The notes: generated by a model from the letters alone, not told the origin. A stretch of DNA of 55,526 bases from an uncultured Thiodictyon sp. (GCF_903828115.1 NZ_CAIKKU010000632.1:1-55526); one strand, 5' to 3'. Positions 39,530 to 49,210 are shown, numbered from the stretch's first letter. Program-made: numbers and translations.

Positions 39530-40692
39530 ACTGCCCCGGCCATCGGGCGCGATTCGCGACTCGATTTACTGGCGGGACCGGCGGAAACGAGACACCCGGG
39601 GGCCTCCGGTTTCCGTTTGGTCAAGGATGGTCCCGAGGCCTTCGCGTTGCGCATGACCACCGCTGCGCTCGCTCGGCGTAGCCTCGACGTGCAAACCTAT
39701 ATCTGGCACGCGGACATGACCGGCTTGGCCCTGGCCGACGCGCTGATCAAGGCCGCGGAGCGCGGCGTCAAGGTGCGTCTGCTGATCGACGACATGGACG
39801 CACGGGCGAAGAACTACGGCTTTGCCGCGCTCGCCGCCCATCCCAATATCGAGGTGCGGATGTTCAATCCGCTCCCCTCGCGACAAGGCGTACTCGCCTT
39901 GGCCGGGGATTTTCTCGGCAGCGGTCGACGCCTGAACCATCGCATGCACAACAAGACCTGGATCGCCGACAACCGGATCGGCATCGTCGGTGGCCGCAAT
40001 GTGGGCAACGAGTATTTCGGCGCCGACGCCGAGGTGAATTTCGTCGATCTCGATTTTGCCCTGGTCGGACCCGTCGTGCGCGACCTGTCAAAGTCCTTCG
40101 ACCGGTACTGGAACTCCGCGCTTAGCTATCCGATTGAAACCTTGAGTGCCGACGGGGTCAATGCGGCGGCGCTGGCCAAACTCCGGAGTGGCCTGGCGCG
40201 GGCCACGCAAGCAGCGCGGACCAGCGCCTATGCCGCGTTGCTGCGGCGCGACGACGCCGTGCAGCGCCTGGTGACCGGCGACTGGCCCATGACCTGGAGC
40301 ACCGAGTACCGCTTTGTCTCGGACGACCCGCGCAAGGCACTCAAGGAGCCGGACCCTGCACAGTCCAGCGTCTTGAAGGTCATCGGGTCCCCGCTCACTG
40401 GGGCGCAGCACTCCGTGACCATCATCTCGCCCTATTTCGTACCAGGAAAGGGAGGCACCGCGTGGCTGGTCGCGCGGGCTAAGGAGGTCGAGCGCGTGCG
40501 TATCCTCACCAACTCACTGGCCGCCAACGACGTGGCCCTGGTGCATGGAGGCTATTCGCGTTACCGCCCGGCCCTGCTTGCCGACGGCGTGCAACTCTGG
40601 GAGCTCAAACCAGTGCCCGGCATCAAGTCGCGCGCCGGCCTGTTCGGTTCGCGGGGGGCGAGCCTGCACACCAAGGCCCTCGCGGTGGACTG
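39530..40692 (+). pseudogene. Phospholipase D (ClsC/YmdC-like), truncated at both ends
   Basis: First HKD (RMHNKTWIAD..GGRN) is intact. The second (LHTKALAVD) runs straight into unrelated sequence with no GSxN. The frame extends upstream (HPGASGFRLV) to a stop at 39506 with no signal peptide or start. Confidence 0.78.
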
Positions 40693-40736
40693 GTACCGAA
40701 AGGCGCACGCCGGGCGATCCGGCGCCCGGACCTACG

Positions 40737-41318
40737 CTAAGCGCGCGGCCCCCACAGATGGCCCAGATTGATGGAAATCGCGTCGAAGGGGGCAACTGAG
40801 ACCTGGGCCGCGCCGGCAAAGCGGCCGATCTCCCTCCAGGCGCCGGCTTCGAAGGCATAGGCTTCCAGGGTCCGCGCCCGCGGGTCGATCAACCAGGCAT
40901 AAGCGACGCCGTATTGCGCGTAGATCGGCATCTTGACCTCGCGATCGGTGCCGACGGTGGATCTTGAGAGCACCTCACACACCCAGTCCGGCACCACGGT
41001 GAAGCGGTGCCCCTCCGGCCAGGTCGGCATGCGTTCGCGCCGCCAACCGGCCAGGTCCGGCACATCCACCTCGGTGTTGTGGATGAAGTGCAGTTCCGGC
41101 TCGGGGAAGATCCACCAGCCGCCGGGGCCTTCGCCGTCGTCGTCAAAGTCGAAGTGGCGGGCAATGATGCGATCCAGGCGCGACGCCGCCCCGATATGCC
41201 GCGCCGCGGGGCGCGGCTGGGTGTAGAGCTGGCCGTCGAGGATCTCCCCGGTCAGCCCCTCGGGCAGGGCCTCCAGTTGTTCGTAGAGACTGGGACGCGG
41301 TTTCGTGCGGGCATGCAT
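40737..41318 (-). CDS. Uma2 family PD-(D/E)xK endonuclease-like protein
   Basis: GEILDGQL..PRP...H, VPDLAGWRRER, PDWVCEVLS.ST..DR..K..Y and WLIDP motifs. Confidence 0.92.
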   Translation of the reverse strand: MHARTKPRPSLYEQLEALPEGLTGEILDGQLYTQPRPAARHIGAASRLDRIIARHFDFDDDGEGPGGWWIFPEPELHFIHNTEVDVPDLAGWRRERMPTWPEGHRFTVVPDWVCEVLSRSTVGTDREVKMPIYAQYGVAYAWLIDPRARTLEAYAFEAGAWREIGRFAGAAQVSVAPFDAISINLGHLWGPRA

Positions 41319-41473
41319 GGCCTGGTCTCCAATGGGTTGGTACCGGTCCGCCAGGGACCGGCACCGGCAACAGGTGCCCCCCGAAGGGACAAAGGGCGGT
41401 CGGCAATGCGCTGCCGAACAATCGCCCCCCCTCACCACGGTCCGTTGCGAAACGGGCGGACGTGGCGTTCGGG

Positions 41474-41536
41474 AGGGTCCATGGTAATACGTTCGAGCAC
41501 CGCTGGTCTCGGGGGTCGCCTGGGTTCAGGCAAGCT
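41474..41536 (-). repeat. 63-bp direct repeat (5' region of a DUF433 gene), copy 1
   Basis: 57/63 identical to 42876-42938; encodes VLERITMDP and then diverges. Confidence 0.85.
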
Positions 41537-41613
41537 ACGGGCTCCTCACGGACGTGGGCAACCTTTGCATCCAAAGGGACGAGTTTCCCGATTTCCAGGC
41601 GGCGCTGCTACCG

Positions 41614-42294
41614 CTACCGTGCCACCCAGCCGCCGCAGACCGGGAACACCTGACCAATGAAGCAATTCGCGGCGGTGCTGCACAGGTAGGCGGCAAACTG
41701 GGCGTCCTCGCGCGCTGCCACCAGCCTGCCAAGTGGAACCTCGCGAGCAAGACGCTCCTGGAATCTTGGGTTCGCCTGCACTTCGGCGGGGAAGTAGGTC
41801 GGGTTGTCGACGAAGTTCTGGGCGATGGCATTGACCTGCACATTGTGCGGCGCGAGTTCAACACCAACGGCCTGAACATACGCAAGTTGAGCACCGCGGG
41901 CGGCGCTGTACGAAGAGGCCCTCTTCATGCCGCGCAGCGCTGAGGCACTGCCGATGACAAGCACCTTGCCTGAGCGGCGTGCAACCATCGCGGGTATCGC
42001 GGCGCGGACGAGCCTGGGAAGCGGGTCCACCAGGGCCGCGAAGACTTGGCGCCATTCGGCTTCAGAGACCTCCGTAGCGGTGGTCGTTGGTGCCGTGAAC
42101 GCGAGGTTGGCGACCAGGACATCGATGGTTCCCGCGGCGAGAACCACGCGCTCCGCCGCCTCGGGTTCGGAGAGTGCTTCCGAGCTGGCGACGACGGTTG
42201 CACCCTGCTCTGCGAAGACCTCGCAGAGTACCGGCCCCATGAACTCCGTCGATTGAGTGATGAGGACTCGCTTGCCGAACAGTGCGTTCTGCAT
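41614..42294 (-). CDS. Halohydrin dehalogenase (SDR fold, probably D-type)
   Basis: TQSTEFMG = T-x4-(F/Y)-x-G in place of TGxxxGxG; S-ASALRGMKRASS-Y-SAA-R = S-x12-Y-x3-R catalytic triad; NAIAQNF. Confidence 0.85.
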   Translation of the reverse strand: MQNALFGKRVLITQSTEFMGPVLCEVFAEQGATVVASSEALSEPEAAERVVLAAGTIDVLVANLAFTAPTTTATEVSEAEWRQVFAALVDPLPRLVRAAIPAMVARRSGKVLVIGSASALRGMKRASSYSAARGAQLAYVQAVGVELAPHNVQVNAIAQNFVDNPTYFPAEVQANPRFQERLAREVPLGRLVAAREDAQFAAYLCSTAANCFIGQVFPVCGGWVAR

Positions 42295-42371
42295 GGGTAT
42301 TCCCCTCTTGGATGCCCCGCGATCAATGAATTGCGCCGCATAAAGCCAAGGCTAAAGACCGCCTGCGCGCA

Positions 42372-42641
42372 TCAGGCCGCCCGCAGCGGGGCAATGTCCT
42401 CGGCTGTCAGTGTGGGCGCGTTGACACTCGCGAGGACTGCATTGATGTCCGCGATCGTTACCCTTCCCGGCGCCGTGATTTCGATACCGATCGGTTTTCC
42501 CTCTTCGGTGTAGTCGATGATCATTCCGACCCCAGCCGGTATCGTGCGTCGGCTCCGGTCGCCGGGGGAGCGGGACAGATACAGATAGGCGGCCAATGGA
42601 CGCCCGTGCCGAAAGGTCACTTCAAGATAGGGCCATTTCAT
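42372..42641 (-). CDS. DUF2283-like small protein (putative antitoxin)
   Basis: AAYLYL...MIIDYTEEGKPIGIEI; 89 aa. Confidence 0.75.
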   Translation of the reverse strand: MKWPYLEVTFRHGRPLAAYLYLSRSPGDRSRRTIPAGVGMIIDYTEEGKPIGIEITAPGRVTIADINAVLASVNAPTLTAEDIAPLRAA

Positions 42642-42657
42642 GTGATTCACCCTGAGA

Positions 42658-42681
42658 CTGCGCATCGACGATGAATCTCAT
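42658..42681 (-). pseudogene. First 8 codons of a DUF5615 PIN-like toxin
   Basis: ATGA overlap with the DUF433 stop; MRFIVDAQ matches the usual DUF5615 start, then similarity ends. Confidence 0.6.
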
Positions 42682-42902
42682 GCTGCCAGTCGGATCAGTT
42701 GCTTGGTGTGGGGCATCCGGGCTGCAAAGGCCAGGGCGGCCAGGATGTCCTCGCGGGTCAGATCCTCGTAGTCGGCCAGGACGTCGTCGGTGGTCATCCC
42801 CCCGGCGAGCCATTCCAAGACCGTCTCAACCGGGTAACGAAGCCCGCGGACGCAGGGCTTCCCGTGGCAGACTGCAGGGTCCATGGTAATACGTTCGAGT
42901 AT
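42678..42902 (-). CDS. DUF433 antitoxin-like protein (expected start codon reads ATA)
   Basis: LERITMDPAVCHGKPCVRGLRYPV...GMT.DDVLADY.DL..EDI.AAL.FAA; ATA at 42902 after GGAG, where the duplicate copy has GTG. Confidence 0.82.
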   Translation of the reverse strand: MLERITMDPAVCHGKPCVRGLRYPVETVLEWLAGGMTTDDVLADYEDLTREDILAALAFAARMPHTKQLIRLAA

Positions 42903-42938
42903 CGCTGGTCTCCGGGGTCGTCTGGGTTCAGAAAAGCT
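42876..42938 (-). repeat. 63-bp direct repeat, copy 2
   Basis: 57/63 identical to 41474-41536. Confidence 0.85.
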
Positions 42939-43082
42939 TAGCAGGTCGCTTGTGTCCCTCTTGGACGCATTGTTTGGCGCTATGCGACCGCACACATCGG
43001 TCGGACCTTTCGGTACTGCCCCCTTATTCCCGCTCCATATTCCCGCTGACCCGATCCCCCCGAGACCTCACCCCATTCTGTT

Positions 43083-44498
43083 CTAGCCGCCGCGCAGTTC
43101 AAGAACCCGCGCGAGGCTTTCTGCAGTCACTTCACCCGCCGGAGACCCAAGTTGCGATGCGGCGGTATCGAGTGTGATCTTTCCCATTTCAAACAGCTTG
43201 GCGACACACCAAGCGAACTTACCCCTCCGCGAAAGGTTAGTCGAATGAACGGGGAAGTAATCCAACGTGAGATTCTCCATCGCAACCCAGGAGTCATCTG
43301 GATTGGGGAGATGCGGATGCCTAGAGCTTAGCGTGTCCAAGCCTGTTATGTTGCGCACATGGTGCTTAGCCGCCGTAGCACTGATGCCAAAGGCAGTCAT
43401 CACGTCTTCGACGATAGCAATTGGATCGCGGCCGACTTTAGCGATATCTCTCACGGCGTCCGGAGGAGCGAGAAAGGCGACGGCAAAAGCATTGGCGCGA
43501 ATTTCGGGTAAATCCCGTCGGAGGTCGCGATCGCTTTGCTCGATATCGGCGTACTGATCCACCATCACTCGTTGCAGACGGTCATCAGGGTCCCAAAGGA
43601 GATGACCAAGTTCGTGGCACAGCGTCATGCGCCGTACCCAAACGTTCGCGTTCATTCCTGTCTCGTTCACCACGATTCCGCGGGCATGTCCATTCGCAAT
43701 CGTCGCGCCGGCAAAGCGCTGATTCATCTTCTGCTGTACTAGGGGAAGTGCAAACTCATCCTCGATGAGCATACGAACGCTTGCGATTGGAGCGTCGTCA
43801 TAGATTCCTAAGATTTGGCGAGTCTTCTTGGCAAGGCGGTAGCCAATATCGTGGGTGGGATACGCAAAGCTCGGCTCGTGCCGCGGAAGGCGAACACGCG
43901 GCTCCGCATCTTGGCCAATAGAGAGTTGCATGGCGGCTTGGCGGGCGATTACCCAGGCGGCCTCAGTGAGTTGCAGAACAGTGCCTGGGGTAAAGCCTGC
44001 AATATCACCACTACTCGCCATCTCACGAAGACGGACACCCAAGACAGAGTCACCGCCAGCGTTTGGACTGAAGCCAAGCTTCCGTTCGTCCAGTGCCAAC
44101 GTTTGACCAATTGCCTCAAGCACGCGGATTGGAGTCTTTCTCCCTGGCGTTTCGGCGGTTGTGACAGCGGCAGGCGGCGACCCCACCCTATGGGCGACGC
44201 TCTCAACGGAAAGGCCCAGTTCCTGCCTCCGCTGTCGAAGCGTCAGGGCCGGTTCGGTTGCAGACCTGATGAGAGGAACTGAACCCTCGCAAGCTGCTTG
44301 CCGCACTGTTTCCCAACCGAAGGCTTCGAGTGCTTCGTGTGCGGTCAGCTGACGACCGGTGGCCCCTTCTGAGTATGGGGCTAACTGGATCTGACTCCGT
44401 ACGAAGCGGACTTTGGAAGATGCCGATCGCTCTTCCGGCGTGGCGCCGATCGAGTCCGAGCCGAAGACTAAGTCGAGGTCGGGTAGGGTGTGCAACAT
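43083..44498 (-). CDS. XRE-HTH + ImmA/IrrE zinc metallopeptidase fusion with N-terminal extension
   Basis: LRQRRQELGLSVESVA..VG HTH; RRMTLCHELGHLL (HExxH) and EIRANAFAVAFLAP; ATG 44498 lies 2 nt after the upstream stop (track start TTG 44513). Confidence 0.88.
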   Translation of the reverse strand: MLHTLPDLDLVFGSDSIGATPEERSASSKVRFVRSQIQLAPYSEGATGRQLTAHEALEAFGWETVRQAACEGSVPLIRSATEPALTLRQRRQELGLSVESVAHRVGSPPAAVTTAETPGRKTPIRVLEAIGQTLALDERKLGFSPNAGGDSVLGVRLREMASSGDIAGFTPGTVLQLTEAAWVIARQAAMQLSIGQDAEPRVRLPRHEPSFAYPTHDIGYRLAKKTRQILGIYDDAPIASVRMLIEDEFALPLVQQKMNQRFAGATIANGHARGIVVNETGMNANVWVRRMTLCHELGHLLWDPDDRLQRVMVDQYADIEQSDRDLRRDLPEIRANAFAVAFLAPPDAVRDIAKVGRDPIAIVEDVMTAFGISATAAKHHVRNITGLDTLSSRHPHLPNPDDSWVAMENLTLDYFPVHSTNLSRRGKFAWCVAKLFEMGKITLDTAASQLGSPAGEVTAESLARVLELRGG

Positions 44499-44500
44499 CT

Positions 44501-45034
44501 TCAGGAAACCCAAACAGGCAGGACACCGACAAACGGTGAAGGGCGATTCACTTCGTCATCGAAGCCCATTGACCACACTCCGTATCCAGAATTGGCAAAC
44601 GCTTGCACAACCAAGTCGAGCTCTTGCGCCGAACGGGGGCCATACCTACCCGAGCAGCCGTTAACAACAACGGTCTGTGGGTCGAGAAAGAGAAGTTCGC
44701 CCCCAGAGAAGGCAGGGGCTCCGCCGGTCAAATTCGTATGTTTGATGACACCGCTCTCGAGTGACATGCCAAATCCCCCCCGTTCGTGAGCATGAACTAC
44801 GTCATCCATGCGAACGACCCAGAGATGCGCTGCTTGCACGTGACTTGTGTCCAGAAGCGGAGCGGATGGCGCGGTGAGACGACGTACCGCGCTTCCGTCT
44901 ACCCACTGTTGAAGCCCATCCTCGGGAGACATCTGCTTCACCTGGTCGGCATTCGCGATGAGCGATGGTGGGGGCAGCCTCGGGTTCCCGAGCGCGTTCC
45001 GGAGGCTGTCGAATGATATCTTGGTTGCACTCAT
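44501..45034 (-). CDS. Hypothetical protein, putative toxin/nuclease-like domain
   Basis: 177 aa with KHTNLTGG.PAFSGGE...VNGCSGRYGP; tightly coupled to the HTH-peptidase gene. Confidence 0.72.
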   Translation of the reverse strand: MSATKISFDSLRNALGNPRLPPPSLIANADQVKQMSPEDGLQQWVDGSAVRRLTAPSAPLLDTSHVQAAHLWVVRMDDVVHAHERGGFGMSLESGVIKHTNLTGGAPAFSGGELLFLDPQTVVVNGCSGRYGPRSAQELDLVVQAFANSGYGVWSMGFDDEVNRPSPFVGVLPVWVS

Positions 45035-45130
45035 TCCGATACTCTAGCGAAGAACTTGGCGCGCGCTGGTTTTCCGCCCGGGGCGGCGATGCCGATTGTT
45101 CCCTATTGCACGGTGCCCTGCGTACCTCAA

Positions 45131-45242
45131 CCGGGACGGGGTTTGAAAGCCCGTCCCGAACGTTTGGGTCCTGGTAGACACCAAGGGCAGGAGCCACCGC
45201 GGCATCCAAAATGTTCCGGACGGGGCGCATGCACCGTCCGGC
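45131..45242. repeat. Degenerate inverted pair of REP-like hairpins (GGACGGGG..CCGTCC with AACGTTT tail)
   Basis: ccgggacggggtttgaaagcccgtcccgaacgttt and aaaatgttccggacggggcgcatgcaccgtccgg. Confidence 0.6.
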
Positions 45243-45346
45243 CTGTGAGGGTGAATGCCCTGTCTGGCCAGATAGTTACAGGGGCCTCACGCATCACAAG
45301 CCGAGTTGGTTGGTGCCGGACAAGATAGTGCCACGCCGGTTGCCCC

Positions 45347-46980
45347 TCAGTCCATCCCCACACTCGCCTCGATCCGGAAGAATGCCTCGGCCCGCCGCTT
45401 GGCCTCGCTGCGGTTTTCGGTACGCGCCTCCGGGGTCGCGTCGAAGTCGATCTTGACCGCCTGGACGGCACGGCAGGTCATGTAGGCCTTGGCCTTGGGG
45501 TGGTCGAGCCGATCCAGGTAGTCGTTGGCCGCGGCCACCAGGGCGGCCTTGCGGCGAAAGAGATCGACGTGACCCTTGTAATCGTGCGGCTTCTCGGCCA
45601 GGAGGACCTTGGCGCAGGACTCCAGTTTCGCCCCGCCGCAAGACGCGGGCGTTTCCAACACGGGCATCTGGACGCCGCTTCGCTTGACCACCGACGACCC
45701 TTGCAGCAGGGTTTGCAACAGGGCGTCCTGGTAGGCCTGGGCGTGCTCGTACAGGGTCTGCTCGCAGGTCTCGCAGGGGATCGCCGCCAGCAGCCACTCC
45801 ATCAGGCTGCCGCGCGACTCGCGCTGTTTCTTGACCACGGCTACGTCGAACTCCTTGACCAGATCGGCCGGCAGCCCGGTGCGCGCACAGGTCTCGGCCT
45901 CCCAGGCGGCCATCAGGTCGGCATAGCTCTTGACTGGCTGGTCGCCATGCGGCATCAGGTCAGCCCGCACCAGCAGGCGCTGGGCACCCGCGTCATAGGC
46001 AAAGCTGATGCGGCGGTAGGCGATCGGCCAGTCGGAGAGCGAACTGACGTTGAGTTCCAGCAACGGCTGGCGGGCCAGTGACCGGTGCACCGCCCAGAAT
46101 CCGCTATGGGTATGGGCGGACAGATAGACCAGCGGTTGGTGGAGCTTGGCCATCTCGGCGCGCAGCAGAATGCGCGCCGACAGGTCCAGTGAGGCCCAGT
46201 TGTGATGGCCGGCGAAGATCACGAGGTCGCCCTGGCGGATGGCCTCCTCGACCCAGGGGTCGATGGCCTCGATCTGGTCGGGGCGGACCCGACCCATGCT
46301 CCCGGGGCTGCGGCCCCGGATGACGTCCCAGGTGCCGACCAAGCCCCCGGCCTGGTTGGTGTCCAGGCCGATGATGATGACGCCGCGCGTCGCCCCCGGC
46401 GCGGGCGGCAGCCGCAGCCGCTGCGCCAGGTACGAATCCGCATAGCGGTTGCCGTCCAGGACCTTGGCCTCGATGGCGGACAGATAGGCGGGCGGATCGG
46501 GACTGCGCCAACTGACTTGGTGCTCGCCGGTCGGCGGCGGTGCATGGAGTCCCGGCTTGGGGCGGCGACCGCTCGCCTGAGCGGCGATGTAGCCGGTGAT
46601 GAAGTCGCGCTTGGTCAGGGCTTCGTTGGGGGTCTTGTGGCTGGTATCCTCAGGTGCTGCGCCCCGCCGACAGGTCTGGTGCCAATGCCGCACGGCCGGA
46701 TCGAGCTTGACCGCGAAGACGTTGTAGCCGTAGATCCCGAACATCAGGCCGTCGTGGTTGCCCGGCAGGATGGCGCCCGCGTTCCGGGTACCGCGGAACA
46801 TATCGGCGACGCGCTTGGCCTCGATCCGGCAGGACAGGTCCAGGACATCGCCCAGATGCAGGAAGGGTTCGTCGGGGTCGTGGTTCAGTGCCCATTCGGG
46901 GATGCGGCGGCCGAACAAGGGCTGTTCCGGGGGCCGTTGGGCGACCTCGACATAGGTGTCGACCGCACTGTCGTTGCCTG
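45347..46980 (-). pseudogene. Calcineurin-like metallophosphoesterase, 5'-truncated
   Basis: HLGDVLD, PGNHDG, LDT, AGHH and SAHTH motifs present; the first D-x-H/Q motif, signal peptide and a credible start are absent, and the upstream frame runs antisense to the next gene. Confidence 0.65.
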
Positions 46981-47032
46981 TTTCTTCATTCGACCGTGCC
47001 CGCCACGCCAAGAGGCTGAAGATGGAGATGGG

Positions 47033-48015
47033 ATGAGCGATCGTCAGCACGAGAACCGGCTTGAGGCCAGGCGCGGGGGACTCAAGCGGTCGGTGCGGCG
47101 CGCCGGTTCGACCGCCGCCGCCTTGCTCTGCCTGACGGCTTGCGTCTCGAAGCCGCTTGCCCCCTACACGGAGCAGATGCCGCCGACCGTGATGGTGACG
47201 CTGGACCAAGCGGGTGTGCGCGATCTGCGCGGCCAGTTCCGCGCCGCCTTGTGCCCCCGGCTCGCCGCCGACGCGCCTCCCTGCGACCAGGTGCTGCTGC
47301 GCTTTCCAGGCGAGGCCGACGCCGCCCCGGCGGCCACCAAGGCCCTCAGGTCGCGCTATCGTATCGTCTTCGTGCCGGGCTTTTTCAACGAGTGCGTGGA
47401 CCGCGTCGTCCGTCCATTCGGCGGGGTCGTCGAAGACCTCGGCAAGGATGGGTACGACGTGCGGTTTTTTCAGGTGGCCGGTCGGGGAACGGTCACCGCC
47501 AACGCCGCGCAACTGTCGCGGTCATTCGCGGCGCTCGCTGCGGACGCAAGGCCGATCATCGTGTTTGCATACTCCAAAGGGTTCGCCGATGTGCTGGAGA
47601 TGGTCGTCCGCTACCCGCAATCCGCCCGCCAGGTCGCCGCCCTCGTCGCAGTGGCGGGGGTCGTGAACGGCACGCCGCTCGCGGAGGGCTTGGACGACCT
47701 CTATCGGCGCCTCGGGGCGCGTTTCCCCATGCCCGGCTGCGCACCCGGTAACGGCGAGGAGGTCACGGACCTACGACGGGAGCGCCGCCTGGAATGGTGG
47801 CAGCGCAACGGCGACGCGATCGGCGTGCCGCTATTCTCGCTCGTCGCGGTGCCGCGTCCAGGGAACGTCTCCCCGGTGTTATCCCCCAAGTACCGGCAGC
47901 TTGCGCTGATCGACCCGCGTAACGATGGGCAGGTGCTCTGGTACGACACGATCGCCCCGCGGGGGAACCTGCTCGGCTATGTCAACGCCGACCATTGGAC
48001 GATCACCATCGACTT
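47033..48015 (+). pseudogene. Alpha/beta hydrolase-fold lipoprotein, probably 3'-truncated
   Basis: ATG 47033 after GGAG; lipobox LTAC; VFVPG, AYSKG, NDGQV and NADHW motifs. The frame then reads into the antisense of the PLD gene, stopping at 48109. Confidence 0.68.
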
Positions 48016-49148
48016 CAACTGTTCGCGGGCTGCATATCGCGCTCCATGGTCGCGGCCAAGGCGCGGGCGAGCCCCGGACTCTCGACCACCACCCCCATCT
48101 CGCTGTTGATCGCGCCGGAGCGGGGATCGAGGTTCATCGACCCGATGAAGACCCGCTGGCGGTCGATGACCATGGCCTTGGTATGCGTGAACAGGTCGCG
48201 GAACGCGGCGGCCATGTGATGGGTAATCGCGTCGTGGTCCGGGGTATCGGTGTAGACGCGGCTGGTTCCGCGTTGGAGCTTGCCGGGCAACTGGGCCAGC
48301 GCGTCGGTCCAGTCCTGGGCGTCCGCCGGGAACCGCGCCAGCGACGGCGCCGCGGCGAGTTGCTCGCGCACCGGCCCCGCGAGCCGGTCAAGGTCCCGCG
48401 GCGTCGCCGCCAGCCCGAGCGACGCGGCCGGTAACGCCCACTCGCTGTTCCAGAAGCGGTCGAACACGGTGGATGCCTGTCTGGCCCCCGGCCCGATGCC
48501 GAGTAAGTCGAGGTCGTGGAAGTTGAATGCCGGGTTGAGCCCCAGGTACTCGTCGCCGATATTGCGGCCACCCAGGATCACCGCCTGGTTGTCGGCGATC
48601 ATCACCTTGTTGTGCATTCGCTGGTTCGCGCGCTTGAGGTCAGTGAGCGAGTCCCCCGCGCGTCCTAAGAGCGAGCGATGCCGCCAAGCGTTGAAGAGCC
48701 GCACTTCGATATTGGGATGGGCATCGATCGCCGCCACGATGCTGTCGCGGACCTCGGGTGTCGTCATGTCCCGGAGCATTGAGCTCAGGTCATCGACGAT
48801 AATCCGCACCTTGACCCCGCGTTTGGCCGCCTGCACCACGCGCTTCATGAGCAGCACGCCGCCGGCATCGCCGAACCAGACGTAGTACTGCAGGTCGAGT
48901 GAATGCCTCGCCGAGTCGATGAGCGCCAGGCGCCAACTCAGCCCCTGCTCGTTGGAGTCGAGCAGCATGAAGCCGGAGGCATCCGGGCCAACCTGTGCGC
49001 GGATCGACGCCTCGATCGGGGCGAACGCGGTGTCGGCCCGCGCCGACACTGCGTTTTCGCGGGCCGGGCGAGGGCCCTTGTCCGGCAGACTGCTGCATGC
49101 ACCGAGCACGCCGGCAATCAGAATGAGTAGTAGAAGGCGAGTGCGCAT
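48015..49148 (-). pseudogene. Phospholipase D (ClsC-like) lipoprotein with in-frame internal deletion and clipped C-terminus
   Basis: Lipobox LGAC; RMHNKVMIAD..GGRN and HTKAMVID..GSMN. The ~89 aa SPYFVP..TNSL..LWELK block seen in the paralogue at 40400-40666 is missing; the protein ends PANS*. Confidence 0.75.
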
Positions 49149-49210
49149 TGCGTCACAAGGTTCGGTGACGGCCTGTAGACAACCTGGGTGTGGCGCATTC
49201 TACCGGACCA

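Noticed and set aside
40691-41346. TGGTACCG on both sides of the Uma2 gene as a target-site duplication
   Set aside because: An 8-bp match with no terminal inverted repeats or transposase; compatible with chance.
41614-42294. Ordinary NAD(P)-dependent SDR/FabG
   Set aside because: It lacks TGxxxGxG and YxxxK, and has halohydrin dehalogenase motifs instead.
40737-45034. Run of small co-oriented genes as an integron cassette array
   Set aside because: No convincing RYYYAAC...GTTRRRY attC sites between genes and no intI in the window; IntegronFinder would settle it.
45347-48109. Genuine 1.3 kb bidirectional overlap of the 721-aa and 635-aa ORFs
   Set aside because: Family motifs occupy non-overlapping parts (minus strand below ~46980, plus strand above 47033); the overlaps are open shadow frames.
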